A stretch of 64,000 nucleotides of DNA, taken from Armatimonadota bacterium. GTDB lineage: Bacteria > Armatimonadota > UBA5829 > DTJY01. The stretch is from contig JAGONM010000002.1 in assembly GCA_017993055.1 (NCBI GenBank), forward strand, positions 68,821 through 132,820. The letters are read 5' to 3'. The first letter of the stretch is position 1. Each line of letters begins with the position of its first letter. This document shows positions 53,303-63,066 of the stretch, in pieces. The translations under genes were made by a program, and so were the position numbers. The notes under the pieces are model-generated. The model made no database searches. It saw only the letters and a list, made by a program, of their open reading frames with translations, and was not told where the DNA came from.

Positions 53303-54342
53303 GGCGATTCCAGATGATGACACGCCGGGAGTTCGTGAAGCTGGCTGGAGGCGCCTCGGCAGGCTTGGTCATGGGTCTGTCCCCGGCTGGCCCGGCACAA
53401 GGGAGGGATACGATGCGGTTTGAGACTCGCGGAGTGGTGATATCGCCGGACGATCTGACGCTCGACTGGCCGGAGCGAGCAGCGCGAGCCGGGCTCACGG
53501 TGATTGCGCTGGGCGGGGCGCCATCGTGGTTGGTCAGTTTCGTCGGCACGAGTTCGGGCAAGTCGTTCCTGGCGCAATGCCGGAAGCTGGGTATCGAAGT
53601 CGAGTATGAGATGCACGCGATGTTCGAACTGCTCCCGCGATCGCTGTACGACGAATCTCCCAGCCTGTTCCGCATGGATGACGACGGCCGGCGGGTGCGG
53701 GAAGGCAACCTCTGTGTACATTCGGAGCGGGCGCTGGCGATCGTCTGCCGCAATGCGGTGAGGATCTGCCGGTTGCTGAGACCGACGACCCACCGCTACT
53801 TCCTGTGGTCCGACGACGGCCTGCCCGGATGCCGATGTCCGAAATGCCGCGAGTTCTCGGACAGCGAGCAGGCCTTGATCGTTGAGAACAGAATGCTGCG
53901 GGAGATCAGGAAGCTCGACAGCAAGGCTAGCCTGGCGCATCTGGCATATACGCGGACCTTGAGCGCGCCTGTGAAGGTCAAGCCATGCCCCGGGATCTTC
54001 CTGGAGTTCGCGCCCTTCACTCGAAGTTACAAGGCACCGCTCTCCGATCCATCGAACAGCCCGGACCGTGACGCGCTGGATGCCAACCTGAAGGTTTTCT
54101 CCGCCTCCGATGCCCACGTGCTTGAGTACTGGCTCGACGTCTCCCTCTTCTCGTCATGGAAGAAACCGGCCGTCCGGCTTCCGTTCGACGAGAGTCTGCT
54201 CAAGGAGGATTTGTCCGCGTACGCGGAACGGGGCATCAGAAGCGTGACGACCTTCGCGGTCTTCATGGACGCGGAGTACGTCAGGAGCCATGGAGATCCG
54301 CCGATAGAGATCTACGGGCGTGCCCTTCGGGCCGCGAGATGA
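53299..54342 (+). CDS. TAT-exported hypothetical protein (possible TIM-barrel glycan-active enzyme)
   Basis: MTRREFVKLAGGASAGLVMG twin-arginine signal. No family recognised. Translationally coupled to both flanking genes. Confidence 0.45.
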   Translation: MRRFQMMTRREFVKLAGGASAGLVMGLSPAGPAQGRDTMRFETRGVVISPDDLTLDWPERAARAGLTVIALGGAPSWLVSFVGTSSGKSFLAQCRKLGIEVEYEMHAMFELLPRSLYDESPSLFRMDDDGRRVREGNLCVHSERALAIVCRNAVRICRLLRPTTHRYFLWSDDGLPGCRCPKCREFSDSEQALIVENRMLREIRKLDSKASLAHLAYTRTLSAPVKVKPCPGIFLEFAPFTRSYKAPLSDPSNSPDRDALDANLKVFSASDAHVLEYWLDVSLFSSWKKPAVRLPFDESLLKEDLSAYAERGIRSVTTFAVFMDAEYVRSHGDPPIEIYGRALRAAR

Positions 54343-55715
54343 AACCGACGTGCAGCAGGCGCGATTTCCTCATCGGCGCTTCCGCCGCACTCGTGGCGGC
54401 GTCTGGAACGCGCGCCGAGGAAAAGGGTGTAACGATCATGAACGACACCAAGGCCATTCTGGACCGCGAGATCCTGCGCTCGGGGTCCGATTACGTTGTC
54501 TACGTGCCGGGCAGCCTCGACGGTTCGACCTTCGACACCGGCAACGAGCACTTCCTCGTGTTCGACGGCCCGGACGGCTCGCTGATGTGCGTCTGGACGC
54601 AGAGCAGCTATGAGGGAGCAGGGGATCACCGCATCGTCTTCGCCCGCTCGGACGATGAGGGCAAGACCTGGACGCCGCCGAAGCGTCTCGTCGGTCCGAA
54701 GAAGCCCGGCGACGGGCATATGTCGAGTTGGGGCTTTCCGATCACCTCCACGTCCGGGCGGATCTACGTTATCTACAACCAGTACCAGGGCATTGACGAC
54801 GTCGTCCACCAGCACACCGGTACGATGGACTGCCTCTACAGCGACGACATGGGCATGTCGTGGTCCCAGCCTCAGACGATTCCCATGAAGCGCAGCCCTC
54901 ACGACCACACCGATCCCTCCGTGCCGAGCAACTGGATCGTGTGGCAGAAGCCGATCAAGGATCTGAAGGGCAGGTGGTTCACCGGCTTCTCTCGCTGGGT
55001 CAGCAAGGCGGTACGCACTCCCCCTCACAACAAGTCATGGACTGCTTGGGAGACGGTCGTGGAGTTCATGCGCTTCGAGAACATAGACTCGAATCCCGAG
55101 CCGAAAGACATCAAGATTACCTGTTCTGCCTGGGGAGATGATGCGCTCCGGGTGCCGCACTACACGAATCCGCTGCTGAGTATCGCCCAGGAGCCTAGCC
55201 TGGTGCGCCTGCCCGACACACGGCTCTTCTGCACGATGCGCACGATGGCAGGCTGCGTCTGGTACAGCCTCTCCGACGACGACGGCAAGACGTGGTGCGC
55301 TCCGAGGCCGCTCCTCCGCAGGGATCACGGGCTTCCCGTCCTGCAGCCTCTCTGCTGCTGCCCTATCTACGAGTATTCGCCGGGTCGGTACATTCTGCTG
55401 CATCACAACAACGATGGTCGCGTAGACGGGCATGCCGCCGAGGAAACTCACTTCAACCGCCACCCCGCGTTTGTCGCTCTAGGCGAGTTCCGTCCGGGAG
55501 CCGAGCAGCCGATCTGGTTCAGCGAATCGAAGCAGCTTATGGACAACGGCGGTCAGGGCATCGGTCCGCTGAACCGCCTCGACATAGGCGTCTATCCGAG
55601 CGTGACGAATCGCAAGGGCAACTTCGTCTTGTGGCACCCCGACCGGAAGTTCTTTCTCCTCGGCAAGAAGATCGCGGACGAGTGGCTGATCGATCTCCGC
55701 GTGCCGCATCCGTAG
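54339..55715 (+). CDS. exported BNR/Asp-box beta-propeller protein (sialidase/GH33-like)
   Basis: Start refined to MKPTCSRRDFLIGASAALVAASG (ATGA overlap with upstream stop). Three Asp-boxes: SDDEGKTW, SDDMGMSW, SDDDGKTW. Confidence 0.65.
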   Translation: MKPTCSRRDFLIGASAALVAASGTRAEEKGVTIMNDTKAILDREILRSGSDYVVYVPGSLDGSTFDTGNEHFLVFDGPDGSLMCVWTQSSYEGAGDHRIVFARSDDEGKTWTPPKRLVGPKKPGDGHMSSWGFPITSTSGRIYVIYNQYQGIDDVVHQHTGTMDCLYSDDMGMSWSQPQTIPMKRSPHDHTDPSVPSNWIVWQKPIKDLKGRWFTGFSRWVSKAVRTPPHNKSWTAWETVVEFMRFENIDSNPEPKDIKITCSAWGDDALRVPHYTNPLLSIAQEPSLVRLPDTRLFCTMRTMAGCVWYSLSDDDGKTWCAPRPLLRRDHGLPVLQPLCCCPIYEYSPGRYILLHHNNDGRVDGHAAEETHFNRHPAFVALGEFRPGAEQPIWFSESKQLMDNGGQGIGPLNRLDIGVYPSVTNRKGNFVLWHPDRKFFLLGKKIADEWLIDLRVPHP

Positions 55716-55742
55716 TCCTGGCTCTACCTCCGTCCTCGGCCA

Positions 55743-55771
55743 GTTCTCGCGAGAACCAGGTAAATTTACCT
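55743..55771. promoter_or_regulatory. two adjacent perfect 14-bp palindromes GTTCTCGCGAGAAC and AGGTAAATTTACCT followed by TTTT (terminator and/or operator pair upstream of the S8 protease gene)
   Basis: Both palindromes are exact and sit 2 nt apart. ATTTTCG follows. They lie about 30 nt after the sialidase-like stop and about 100 nt before the protease ATG. A possible -35/-10 (TTGTCA-17-TACATA) occurs at about 55789-55817. Confidence 0.45.
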
Positions 55772-55868
55772 GATTTTCGCCCGCAATGTTGTCACTGAGC
55801 GAATCCCTGGGTACATAGGACATAGCTTGTACTAGCGATCTGCCCTGCCAGCAGACACTTGCTCGGTC

Positions 55869-58331
55869 ATGAAACACCGTCTTCGATCAATACTTCTGGC
55901 ATGTATCCTATTGCTGGCAGGGGCTGAGGCTGCGTTCTCCGGATCAGCAGACTTCCCTCTCGCCTGCGCCGACCCGATGCTGCGCTTCGCATCCGCGATG
56001 ACGACGTCGGAGAGGGACACGTTCGTCCACGGATTCAATGCCCCCGACATTGCAGAAGACGACCTTGGCGTTGTACTCGACTTCTCCGGCGATGTCCGGG
56101 AACTTCGTGCGCTTGGAGTGACGACGCGAACCCACTTGGACTCACTGATCACCGCCACCGTCCCCTTGGACCGACTCGATGCGGTTGCTTCGCTGCCCGG
56201 CATGAAGTACATGCGGCTCGGAAGGCGGTTCCAGCCGATGCTGAACCTCAGCGTGCCGGACACGCGAACCTCCGACATCCGTTGGGGCATTCCTCCAAAC
56301 TGGAGTGGCTACACCGGCAAGGGCGTCGTTGTCGGCGTTGTGGACCTCGGGATCGACGTCAATCACGCGGACTTCCGAGATGCTCGAGGCGGGAGCCGCA
56401 TTCTCTTCCTATGGGATCAGACAACCGGCGTGTCCGGGGCAAATCATCCGGCTCCCTACAACTACGGCACTGAGTGGACCAAGGTGCAGATCAATGCTGG
56501 CCTCTGTACCCAGGTAGATACGGGAGGCCACGGGACATCCGTTGCAGGCATCGCTGCAGGGAACGGCTCCGCTACAGGCAACGGATGGCCGGCGTACCGT
56601 TACGTGGGCATGGCTCCGGAAGCCGACCTGGTTGTCGTGAAGTGCACTCTGACTGACGTGGCCATCATTGATGGCATGAACTATATTAAAAGCAAGGCCG
56701 CCTCCCTGGGCAAGCCCTGTGCTATCAACCTGAGCATCGGCACACATATGGGCGCCCATGATGGGACCGACCCGGTTGAGCGTGCGATAGACCAGATCGT
56801 CGGTCCCGGAGTCGTCGTCTGTACCGCCACCGGCAACAGCGGCACTACCGATCCCACCCGGTACGTCCACGCAGTATGGACGTTGCCCGCGAAGAACGCC
56901 CAGGTGACCGCCGGCTTGGGCGTCTCCGCGACGCGCTCGAATCCATTCTATATGGATATCTGGTACGAGGGTGAGGACTCTATTGACCTCAGTGTGACCA
57001 CTCCGAACGGTTACAGCGTGACGAGGCAGACGGGTCAGACCACCGGCGGCTACCAGTCTACGCCCGACGGGGGCATCTGGATTGACAACGCTTCCGGAGG
57101 TGTGTACCCGTACAATGGGGACCGCGAGTGTATGGTCGTAGTACAGAACGCCGTGTCCGGGGCCTGGTCCGTCACCGCAATCGGCAGGACTATCGTCTCC
57201 GGGGGCAAGTGCGATGCTTGGATAGAGGCCGGACAGAATGTCTTCTGGTCGTCATACGGGACTAACGCGGGTTCCTGCACGGTGCCGAGCACATCCAACT
57301 CCGTGATCGCAGTCGGTGGTTACCAGACCAAAACACAATGGACGAATCCAAACGGCACACTTCAGGGCTGGATGGGCAGCCTTGGCGCGTTCTACACCGC
57401 GACCGGGGCCGGGCCGACCCGGGATGGTCGTCAAAGGCCGGAGCTGTGTGTCCCCAGCACCAGGATCGCATGCAGTTTATCCACGAACTTCGCAGCTAAC
57501 CCGGACAATATTGTGGAGGACGGCGTTCATCTCGTTCAGGGAGGCACCAGCATGGCTTCTCCGCACATGACCGGAGCGGCCGCCCTCTGCCTGCAGCGCG
57601 ACCCGACTGCAACGGCTTCCGACGTCAAGAACGCCGTTATCTCAACCGCCCGCGGCGATCTGTTCACCGGGCAGGTGCCGAACGAATGTTGGGGTGCAGG
57701 CAAACTCGATGTTTCGGCCGCGATTGATCTGGTGGCGCTCTATACAGACATCGGTACCGCCAGGATTCAGCCCGCCGGCACTCCAGTCAAGCTCCCTGCG
57801 CAGGTGGTGAGTGCCGGGCTCAGTCAGTTCTCAGACAGGTTCTACATCGAGAGCCCGGACAGAAGCGCTGGCATCCAGGTTCGCACCGGCGCGGGAAGCG
57901 GTATTCAGGCGGAGGAAGGCGGCAGAGTGACGGTGTACGGGCATGTCGGGATTGCCGACGGGGAACGCGCGGTGCTCCGACCTACGGTCACTCCGGCAGG
58001 CAGCGGCACTGTGCCGGGACCGCTCGCGCTGCCCAACGGATCGGTGGGCGGCGCTTCGGTGGGCGAAGTGCCCGGTGTTTCGGGCAGGGTCGGCCTCAAC
58101 AACGTAGGATTGCTTGTGAGGGTCTACGGCAAGGTCACGAACCTGGGAGCGGATCACTTTCTCTTGGCTGACGGTTCTTCCCAACCGTTGAAGATTCTCT
58201 GCCCGGGTCTCTCGAAGCCCACGGTCGGCAAGTACGCCTTGGTCACGGGCATCAGTACGCTGAGTTTCGACGGTTCCGCCACGGTGCCGGTCGTTCGAGT
58301 GCGCAAGCAGTCGGATCTGAAGTACTACTGA
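55869..58331 (+). CDS. secreted subtilisin-like serine protease (peptidase S8) with C-terminal beta-sandwich extension
   Basis: Signal peptide. Catalytic triad contexts VGVVDLGID (Asp), GGHGTSVAG (His), GGTSMASPH (Ser). A ~165-aa C-terminal domain is shared with the convergent metallophosphoesterase. Confidence 0.85.
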   Translation: MKHRLRSILLACILLLAGAEAAFSGSADFPLACADPMLRFASAMTTSERDTFVHGFNAPDIAEDDLGVVLDFSGDVRELRALGVTTRTHLDSLITATVPLDRLDAVASLPGMKYMRLGRRFQPMLNLSVPDTRTSDIRWGIPPNWSGYTGKGVVVGVVDLGIDVNHADFRDARGGSRILFLWDQTTGVSGANHPAPYNYGTEWTKVQINAGLCTQVDTGGHGTSVAGIAAGNGSATGNGWPAYRYVGMAPEADLVVVKCTLTDVAIIDGMNYIKSKAASLGKPCAINLSIGTHMGAHDGTDPVERAIDQIVGPGVVVCTATGNSGTTDPTRYVHAVWTLPAKNAQVTAGLGVSATRSNPFYMDIWYEGEDSIDLSVTTPNGYSVTRQTGQTTGGYQSTPDGGIWIDNASGGVYPYNGDRECMVVVQNAVSGAWSVTAIGRTIVSGGKCDAWIEAGQNVFWSSYGTNAGSCTVPSTSNSVIAVGGYQTKTQWTNPNGTLQGWMGSLGAFYTATGAGPTRDGRQRPELCVPSTRIACSLSTNFAANPDNIVEDGVHLVQGGTSMASPHMTGAAALCLQRDPTATASDVKNAVISTARGDLFTGQVPNECWGAGKLDVSAAIDLVALYTDIGTARIQPAGTPVKLPAQVVSAGLSQFSDRFYIESPDRSAGIQVRTGAGSGIQAEEGGRVTVYGHVGIADGERAVLRPTVTPAGSGTVPGPLALPNGSVGGASVGEVPGVSGRVGLNNVGLLVRVYGKVTNLGADHFLLADGSSQPLKILCPGLSKPTVGKYALVTGISTLSFDGSATVPVVRVRKQSDLKYY

Positions 58332-58376
58332 GAGGCAGCCTCGTGTGGAAGCAGTCCCTCCTACTCAAGCAGGGCG

Positions 58377-59882
58377 CTAAGGGGCATACACCGAGATATC
58401 CGACTGGCTCCGGGGGCGCAGCGCCGGTATTATGTTCGCACCCGCAGTTCTGCTCGATGCAATCCCGGTCACTCGTACTATGGAGTTCAGCGCAGGCAGC
58501 GTTATGTCACTTCCAGCCGGACGTCCGCCGCAGTACACCTGCAAACCAGTCTGTCCCGAACCGTCCTGCAGGCCGCACCCGTCATCCATGTAGAAGTATT
58601 TCAGCGTGGTGTTGACGTGAGTCACGATTCCCCACACTCGAACCAGAAGCCCCGTGCTGTTCAGATTGGGATTGCCGCTTACTCCGGGGGTAAACTCGTT
58701 CAGCGGACCTCCGGACACGTCCCTCGTCAGCATCCCTACAGGCTCGGGTACGGGATAGGGCAGCGCAATGGGAGTGACCGTTGGGGTGTTGATCACCCGT
58801 TCGCCGTTTGAAGTGCCGAGCGTCCCTTGTACGAGTGTGCCCGTTCCATCGGCTACCGACAGCCCGGATCCATACACCTTGATCGCAGACGATCGGTCGG
58901 CTTCCTCGATGTAGAACGTCGAGGCTAACTGGTTCGTGCCGGTGGTAACGGTCTTACCGCTCAGGGATACCGCTGAACCATCCGGTAGTTGCTTGACCGC
59001 CGAGATCGTTACCTCAGGAGGCGGTGGGAGCGAATAGGACCATGTGTCCAGCACGCCACCCGTATCGTTCTTGGCCTGGCATGATACGCTGAGGCCACTG
59101 ATATCAACCAGCACGTAGTGGTAGGCCGATATCGCACCCGGAGGGGCCGCGTAGAGTGGCGCGCCGCAGGAGCCGTTGATCACCTCGTAGATGCTGCCGT
59201 GCAGCGATCTCGAATACAGGTGCTCGTGGCCCGTAAAATACATCCTGACGCCGGCATTGGTCATGATGCTCCAGAAGTCGTCCCTCTCAGCGGGGTATGT
59301 GTCGAGCGAACTTCCGATGTGGCCGTCAACAGGATATGCGGGCTCGTGAGCCATGACGAATCTGTGCGGCTTCAGCGTGGCCGCGAGGTCGGTGATCAGC
59401 CACGATCTCTGCACGCGGTGGTTCTCACCGTAGTGGTTGCTGTTCAAACCGACGAAATGAGCGTTCTCGTGGTCGAATGAGAACACGGTTTCCGAGTATA
59501 CGGTCGGACCGTTCGTCGGCATATTGACTTTGGCGCGTATGACGTTCTCCGACGTTGCGGTCGATACCTCGTGATTGCCGGGTACGAAATACCATGGGCA
59601 GTTGAGGGTATTCATGACGCTCAGCCATGTGTCCATCTGGGACGCCAACGTCGCGTCGGAACTCGACCCGTTCACTGCATCACCCTGGAATATGACCAGA
59701 TCGGCGTTCTCCAGGTTGACAAGGCCTACAATTTTTGTCAACTCGGCTGTATTGACGCCGTTGTCGCTTCCGCGGCTGTCCGCCATCGAAACGAACTTCC
59801 AGGCAAAGGCCGGGGCTAACGATGCCGCGAACAAGACGACGATGAGCGGTGCGAAACTCGGTTTTCGGGTCATATCCTTCAT
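58377..59882 (-). CDS. secreted calcineurin-like metallophosphoesterase with the same C-terminal ~165-aa domain as the S8 protease
   Basis: Signal peptide (start refined to MKDMTRKPSFAPLIVVLFAASLAPAFA). Motifs GDAVN, GNHE, GHEH. C-terminal region FYIEEADRSSAIKVYG...PTVTP...GLLVRVWG aligns with FYIESPDRSAGIQVRTG...PTVTP...GLLVRVYG of the protease. Confidence 0.75.
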   Translation of the reverse strand: MKDMTRKPSFAPLIVVLFAASLAPAFAWKFVSMADSRGSDNGVNTAELTKIVGLVNLENADLVIFQGDAVNGSSSDATLASQMDTWLSVMNTLNCPWYFVPGNHEVSTATSENVIRAKVNMPTNGPTVYSETVFSFDHENAHFVGLNSNHYGENHRVQRSWLITDLAATLKPHRFVMAHEPAYPVDGHIGSSLDTYPAERDDFWSIMTNAGVRMYFTGHEHLYSRSLHGSIYEVINGSCGAPLYAAPPGAISAYHYVLVDISGLSVSCQAKNDTGGVLDTWSYSLPPPPEVTISAVKQLPDGSAVSLSGKTVTTGTNQLASTFYIEEADRSSAIKVYGSGLSVADGTGTLVQGTLGTSNGERVINTPTVTPIALPYPVPEPVGMLTRDVSGGPLNEFTPGVSGNPNLNSTGLLVRVWGIVTHVNTTLKYFYMDDGCGLQDGSGQTGLQVYCGGRPAGSDITLPALNSIVRVTGIASSRTAGANIIPALRPRSQSDISVYAP

Positions 59883-60083
59883 CTCCGCCGCCTCCGGACG
59901 GGTCGGGCGGGAGTCCACGATCTTATCTACATTCTACATCATTTTTGCCGTATTTCCCATCAGTAATAATACCTGACGTTCCGAGCGGGGTGCTGTGTCG
60001 AGAGGGAACTTGCCCTGTCGCGCAGAACGAATGAGCGACTACCCGGCGGAACTGAGTAGCCTGCCAATACGCGGAGAGCGAGA

Positions 60084-60572
60084 ATGCCTGTATTCGACGA
60101 CAGATCGCTGATCGAGTTTCTGAGACGTTCGTATTTCGTCACGGATGGTCTCTGGTTCGTCAAGGTCGAGGAGGCGCACGGCTACGATGACGCCATGAGA
60201 CTGGACGAGCACGTGTGGGAAGTCGTCCCGAAAATTCAGGCGCGGAAGGCAGTGGAGATTCTGAAGCTGAAGGGCGACTCGCTGGCCGAGATGGCTCTCT
60301 GCCTCGAACTGAAGTTTGCCTCGGAGGGTCACGCGTACCGGGTCGCCGAGAACTCTGCGGATCGTGTGGTTGTCGAGATCACTGAGTGCCCTTGGTTGGA
60401 AGCGCTGCGGAAGTCGGGCAGGGACGGACTGGCCCTCGACGTGTGCAACCGAATCTGTCTTCGTGAAGCGGTGGTCTGGGCCGCGGAGTTCGATACCGAA
60501 CTGTCGGTCGAGTTCGAAGAACGGCTGTCGGACGGAGGTTCGATCTGCAGGCTGGTGTTCTCGCGCCCGTGA
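60084..60572 (+). CDS. small cytosolic protein resembling the L-2-amino-thiazoline-4-carboxylic-acid (ATC) hydrolase family
   Basis: Pattern ITECPW...GLALDVCNRICLRE...WAAEF...GGSICRLVF resembles the T-C-x...C-x2-C...H/S-C-D-F-R core I recall for ATC_hydrolase-family proteins. Low certainty. Confidence 0.35.
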   Translation: MPVFDDRSLIEFLRRSYFVTDGLWFVKVEEAHGYDDAMRLDEHVWEVVPKIQARKAVEILKLKGDSLAEMALCLELKFASEGHAYRVAENSADRVVVEITECPWLEALRKSGRDGLALDVCNRICLREAVVWAAEFDTELSVEFEERLSDGGSICRLVFSRP

Positions 60573-60617
60573 ATCCGGATTGGTGATGCTCCGCGTGACC
60601 GGGCAGGTCCGCGATGG

Positions 60618-61118
60618 TTACTTCACCTTCCCGGCCAGCAGGAACGCCACCTTGCGGTAGATGCGTTGCACATCGTCGGAGTCCAGGTTGTATTGTTCGG
60701 CGACCGTCTCGAATGCCCTGGTGTGGGTGCCGAGAGACTCGACGTCTACGATGTCGCGGTTCATGTCCACGTCAAGGCCTGGACGCTCCGACCTCATCTC
60801 TTTCACTACGGCTGCGAAGACCCTTCCCTCGAAAGGCATCACTTCCGGCGTCACATACCTGTTGCGCGAGTTGAGACGCACGTCGAACACGTCTTCCGGC
60901 GGCGGCGTGCGGTCAATGTATCGCCCGTAGAAGTCGGTCTTGACCGCCCAAACTAAGCCAGCAGTAAGAAAGAACGCATAAAGAATGGTAAGCACGGCCT
61001 TCGCCCGCGACTTCCGCGGTGACTTCCACAGCATGAACAAGCCCAGCGGGGCGAAGACGACCAGCGCAGGCAGGATCAGCCAGAAGCTGTACCAAGGTTG
61101 CTTTTTCCTCATGAGCAA
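60618..61118 (-). CDS. hypothetical two-TM membrane protein
   Basis: Two hydrophobic helices at the N-terminus (WLILPALVVFAPLGLFMLW; VLTILYAFFLTAGLVWAV). No domain recognised. Confidence 0.45.
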   Translation of the reverse strand: MLMRKKQPWYSFWLILPALVVFAPLGLFMLWKSPRKSRAKAVLTILYAFFLTAGLVWAVKTDFYGRYIDRTPPPEDVFDVRLNSRNRYVTPEVMPFEGRVFAAVVKEMRSERPGLDVDMNRDIVDVESLGTHTRAFETVAEQYNLDSDDVQRIYRKVAFLLAGKVK

Positions 61119-61289
61119 TCGCCCTCCGGGAAGCGCGCCGTCCCAGTAGTCTGCTTCCGGATTCTACCATTATTATCGGATGAGCGGCAACAATGTATCA
61201 GGCCGAAGGCCTGGAGGAAACCGCGCGGCACGCATGGAAATACCGATAGTGTGCGCTCGCGTCCCAGAGCGGTGCGGCTGGCGGTATCC

Positions 61290-62177
61290 ATGCTCAAACG
61301 AGACAAACACCTTACCATAATCGCGTTTCTCCTCCCGGCGGCGCTTCTCTATGCGGGGTTCTTCCTCTTCCCGATGGCGCAGGCGTTCTATATCGCCATG
61401 TTCCGATGGCGGGGGCTATCCATGAACAGAGAGTTCGTCGGCCTCGAGAATTTCCGCGAATTGCTCTTTCGGGATCCGATCTTCTGGAAGGCCCTTCAGC
61501 ACAACCTGATCTTCATGGTCGTCGCGCTCGTGATCATCATCCCGGTTGCTCTGTTGATCGCGGTTGCGCTGAGCAAGAAGGTGCGGGGCTCCGAGACGTA
61601 TCGCGCGGTCTTCCTGTTCCCCAACATAATATCCGTAGTCGCCGTCGCGGTTCTCTGGTCGTTCATCTATCACCCTCGTATGGGTATCCTGAACGCTTTT
61701 CTGAAACTGGTCGGCCTCGAGCAGTTTGCGTCCACCGGTTGGCTCGGCGAGCCGGACCTGGCCCTTCCCGCGCTGATCGCCACCACAATCTGGTACTCGA
61801 TGGGTTTCTACATCGTTCTGTTCCTTGCCGGTGTCCAGAGCATCCCGCAGACCTTCTATGAGGCCGCGTGCATTGACGGCGCTAGCAACTGGCAGTCATT
61901 TCGCCATGTGACTCTCCCGCTGGTGTGGGAGATCCTGAAGATGGCGATCGTCTACCTGATTATTCACACGCTCAACATCTTCGGACTGGTGTTCATCATG
62001 ACCGACGGCGGTCCGGACAACCAGACGGAGGTGATGCTGAGCTACCTGTACCGTCTGGCCTTCGAGGAGAGCAACTTCGGCTATGCGACGGCGCTCGGAG
62101 TCGTCGCATTCATACTTATATTCATCATCTCGATCACCTCCATCCGCCTGATGCGGAGGGAAGTGGTGGAGTACTAG
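61290..62177 (+). CDS. ABC transporter permease, carbohydrate type (MalF/UgpA-like)
   Basis: Six TM helices. EAA loop EAACIDGASNWQSFRHVTLP. Start refined to MLKRDKHLTIIAFLL to remove a 64-aa non-membrane extension. Confidence 0.8.
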   Translation: MLKRDKHLTIIAFLLPAALLYAGFFLFPMAQAFYIAMFRWRGLSMNREFVGLENFRELLFRDPIFWKALQHNLIFMVVALVIIIPVALLIAVALSKKVRGSETYRAVFLFPNIISVVAVAVLWSFIYHPRMGILNAFLKLVGLEQFASTGWLGEPDLALPALIATTIWYSMGFYIVLFLAGVQSIPQTFYEAACIDGASNWQSFRHVTLPLVWEILKMAIVYLIIHTLNIFGLVFIMTDGGPDNQTEVMLSYLYRLAFEESNFGYATALGVVAFILIFIISITSIRLMRREVVEY

Positions 62178-62198
62178 CGAGGAGTCCCACGGTAGGCT

Positions 62199-63062
62199 AT
62201 GCGAGGACGCGCAACGACGAACCGACTCTCGGCATTCGGCCTCCTGAAGAGCGTATTGCTCCACGGGATGTTGCTTCTGTATGCGGCGATCGTCATCTAC
62301 CCGATGATCTGGCTCGCCTCGGCGTCTCTCAAGACCTCGATCGAGCTGTTCGAGAATCCCTGGTCGCCCCCCTCGGCCGCGCAGTGGGCGAACTACGCGA
62401 AAGCATGGACGGAGGCGGGCATCGGGCAGTACTTCATGAACAGCGTGTTCGTGACGGCCGTCTCGATGTTCTTCATACTGCTCATCGGCTCGATGGCGGC
62501 CTATGCTCTCGCCCGGTTCGTATTTCCAGGCAGCGGGGCCGTGCACACGGTCTTCGTCAGCGGCATGATGTTCCCCGTCTTCCTGAGCATCGTCCCCCTG
62601 TTCCTGCTGCTCAGAAGCCTGGGCATGTGGAACAACTACTTCGGCCTGATCACCGCCTATGTGGCCTACTCGCTGTCGTTCACTGTCTTCATCATGACCG
62701 GCTTCTTCAAGACGCTTCCCGGCGAACTTGCGGAGGCAGGGCTGATAGACGGCTGCTCGCACTTCTCGGCCTTCTGGCGAATCATGCTTCCTCTTGCCAA
62801 GCCCGGGCTGATCACCGCAGGGATATTCAACTTCTTCGGTATCTGGAACGAGTATCCCCTGGCTCTCGTCATCATTGCCGACAGCAAGCTCCGCACACTA
62901 CCGCTCGGGATCGCCAATCTGCTGATGGTTCAGCACTACGAGACGGACTGGGGCGCGCTCTTCGCGGGGCTCGTAATGGTGATGCTGCCGACGCTCATCG
63001 TGTACATGTTCTTCCAGCGTCAGATCACCGCCGGGCTCACCGCGGGGGCGCTCAAAGGATAA
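62199..63062 (+). CDS. ABC transporter permease, carbohydrate type (MalG/UgpE-like)
   Basis: TM helices. EAA-type loop [24 protein letters not shown]. Immediately follows the first permease. Confidence 0.8.
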   Translation: MRGRATTNRLSAFGLLKSVLLHGMLLLYAAIVIYPMIWLASASLKTSIELFENPWSPPSAAQWANYAKAWTEAGIGQYFMNSVFVTAVSMFFILLIGSMAAYALARFVFPGSGAVHTVFVSGMMFPVFLSIVPLFLLLRSLGMWNNYFGLITAYVAYSLSFTVFIMTGFFKTLPGELAEAGLIDGCSHFSAFWRIMLPLAKPGLITAGIFNFFGIWNEYPLALVIIADSKLRTLPLGIANLLMVQHYETDWGALFAGLVMVMLPTLIVYMFFQRQITAGLTAGALKG

Positions 63063-63066
63063 CGAT

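Noticed and set aside
54156-54338. 61-aa N-terminal extension of the sialidase-like ORF
   Set aside because: Arg-rich non-signal sequence overlapping the upstream gene. The internal ATG at 54339 overlaps the upstream stop (ATGA) and is followed by a TAT/Sec-like signal.
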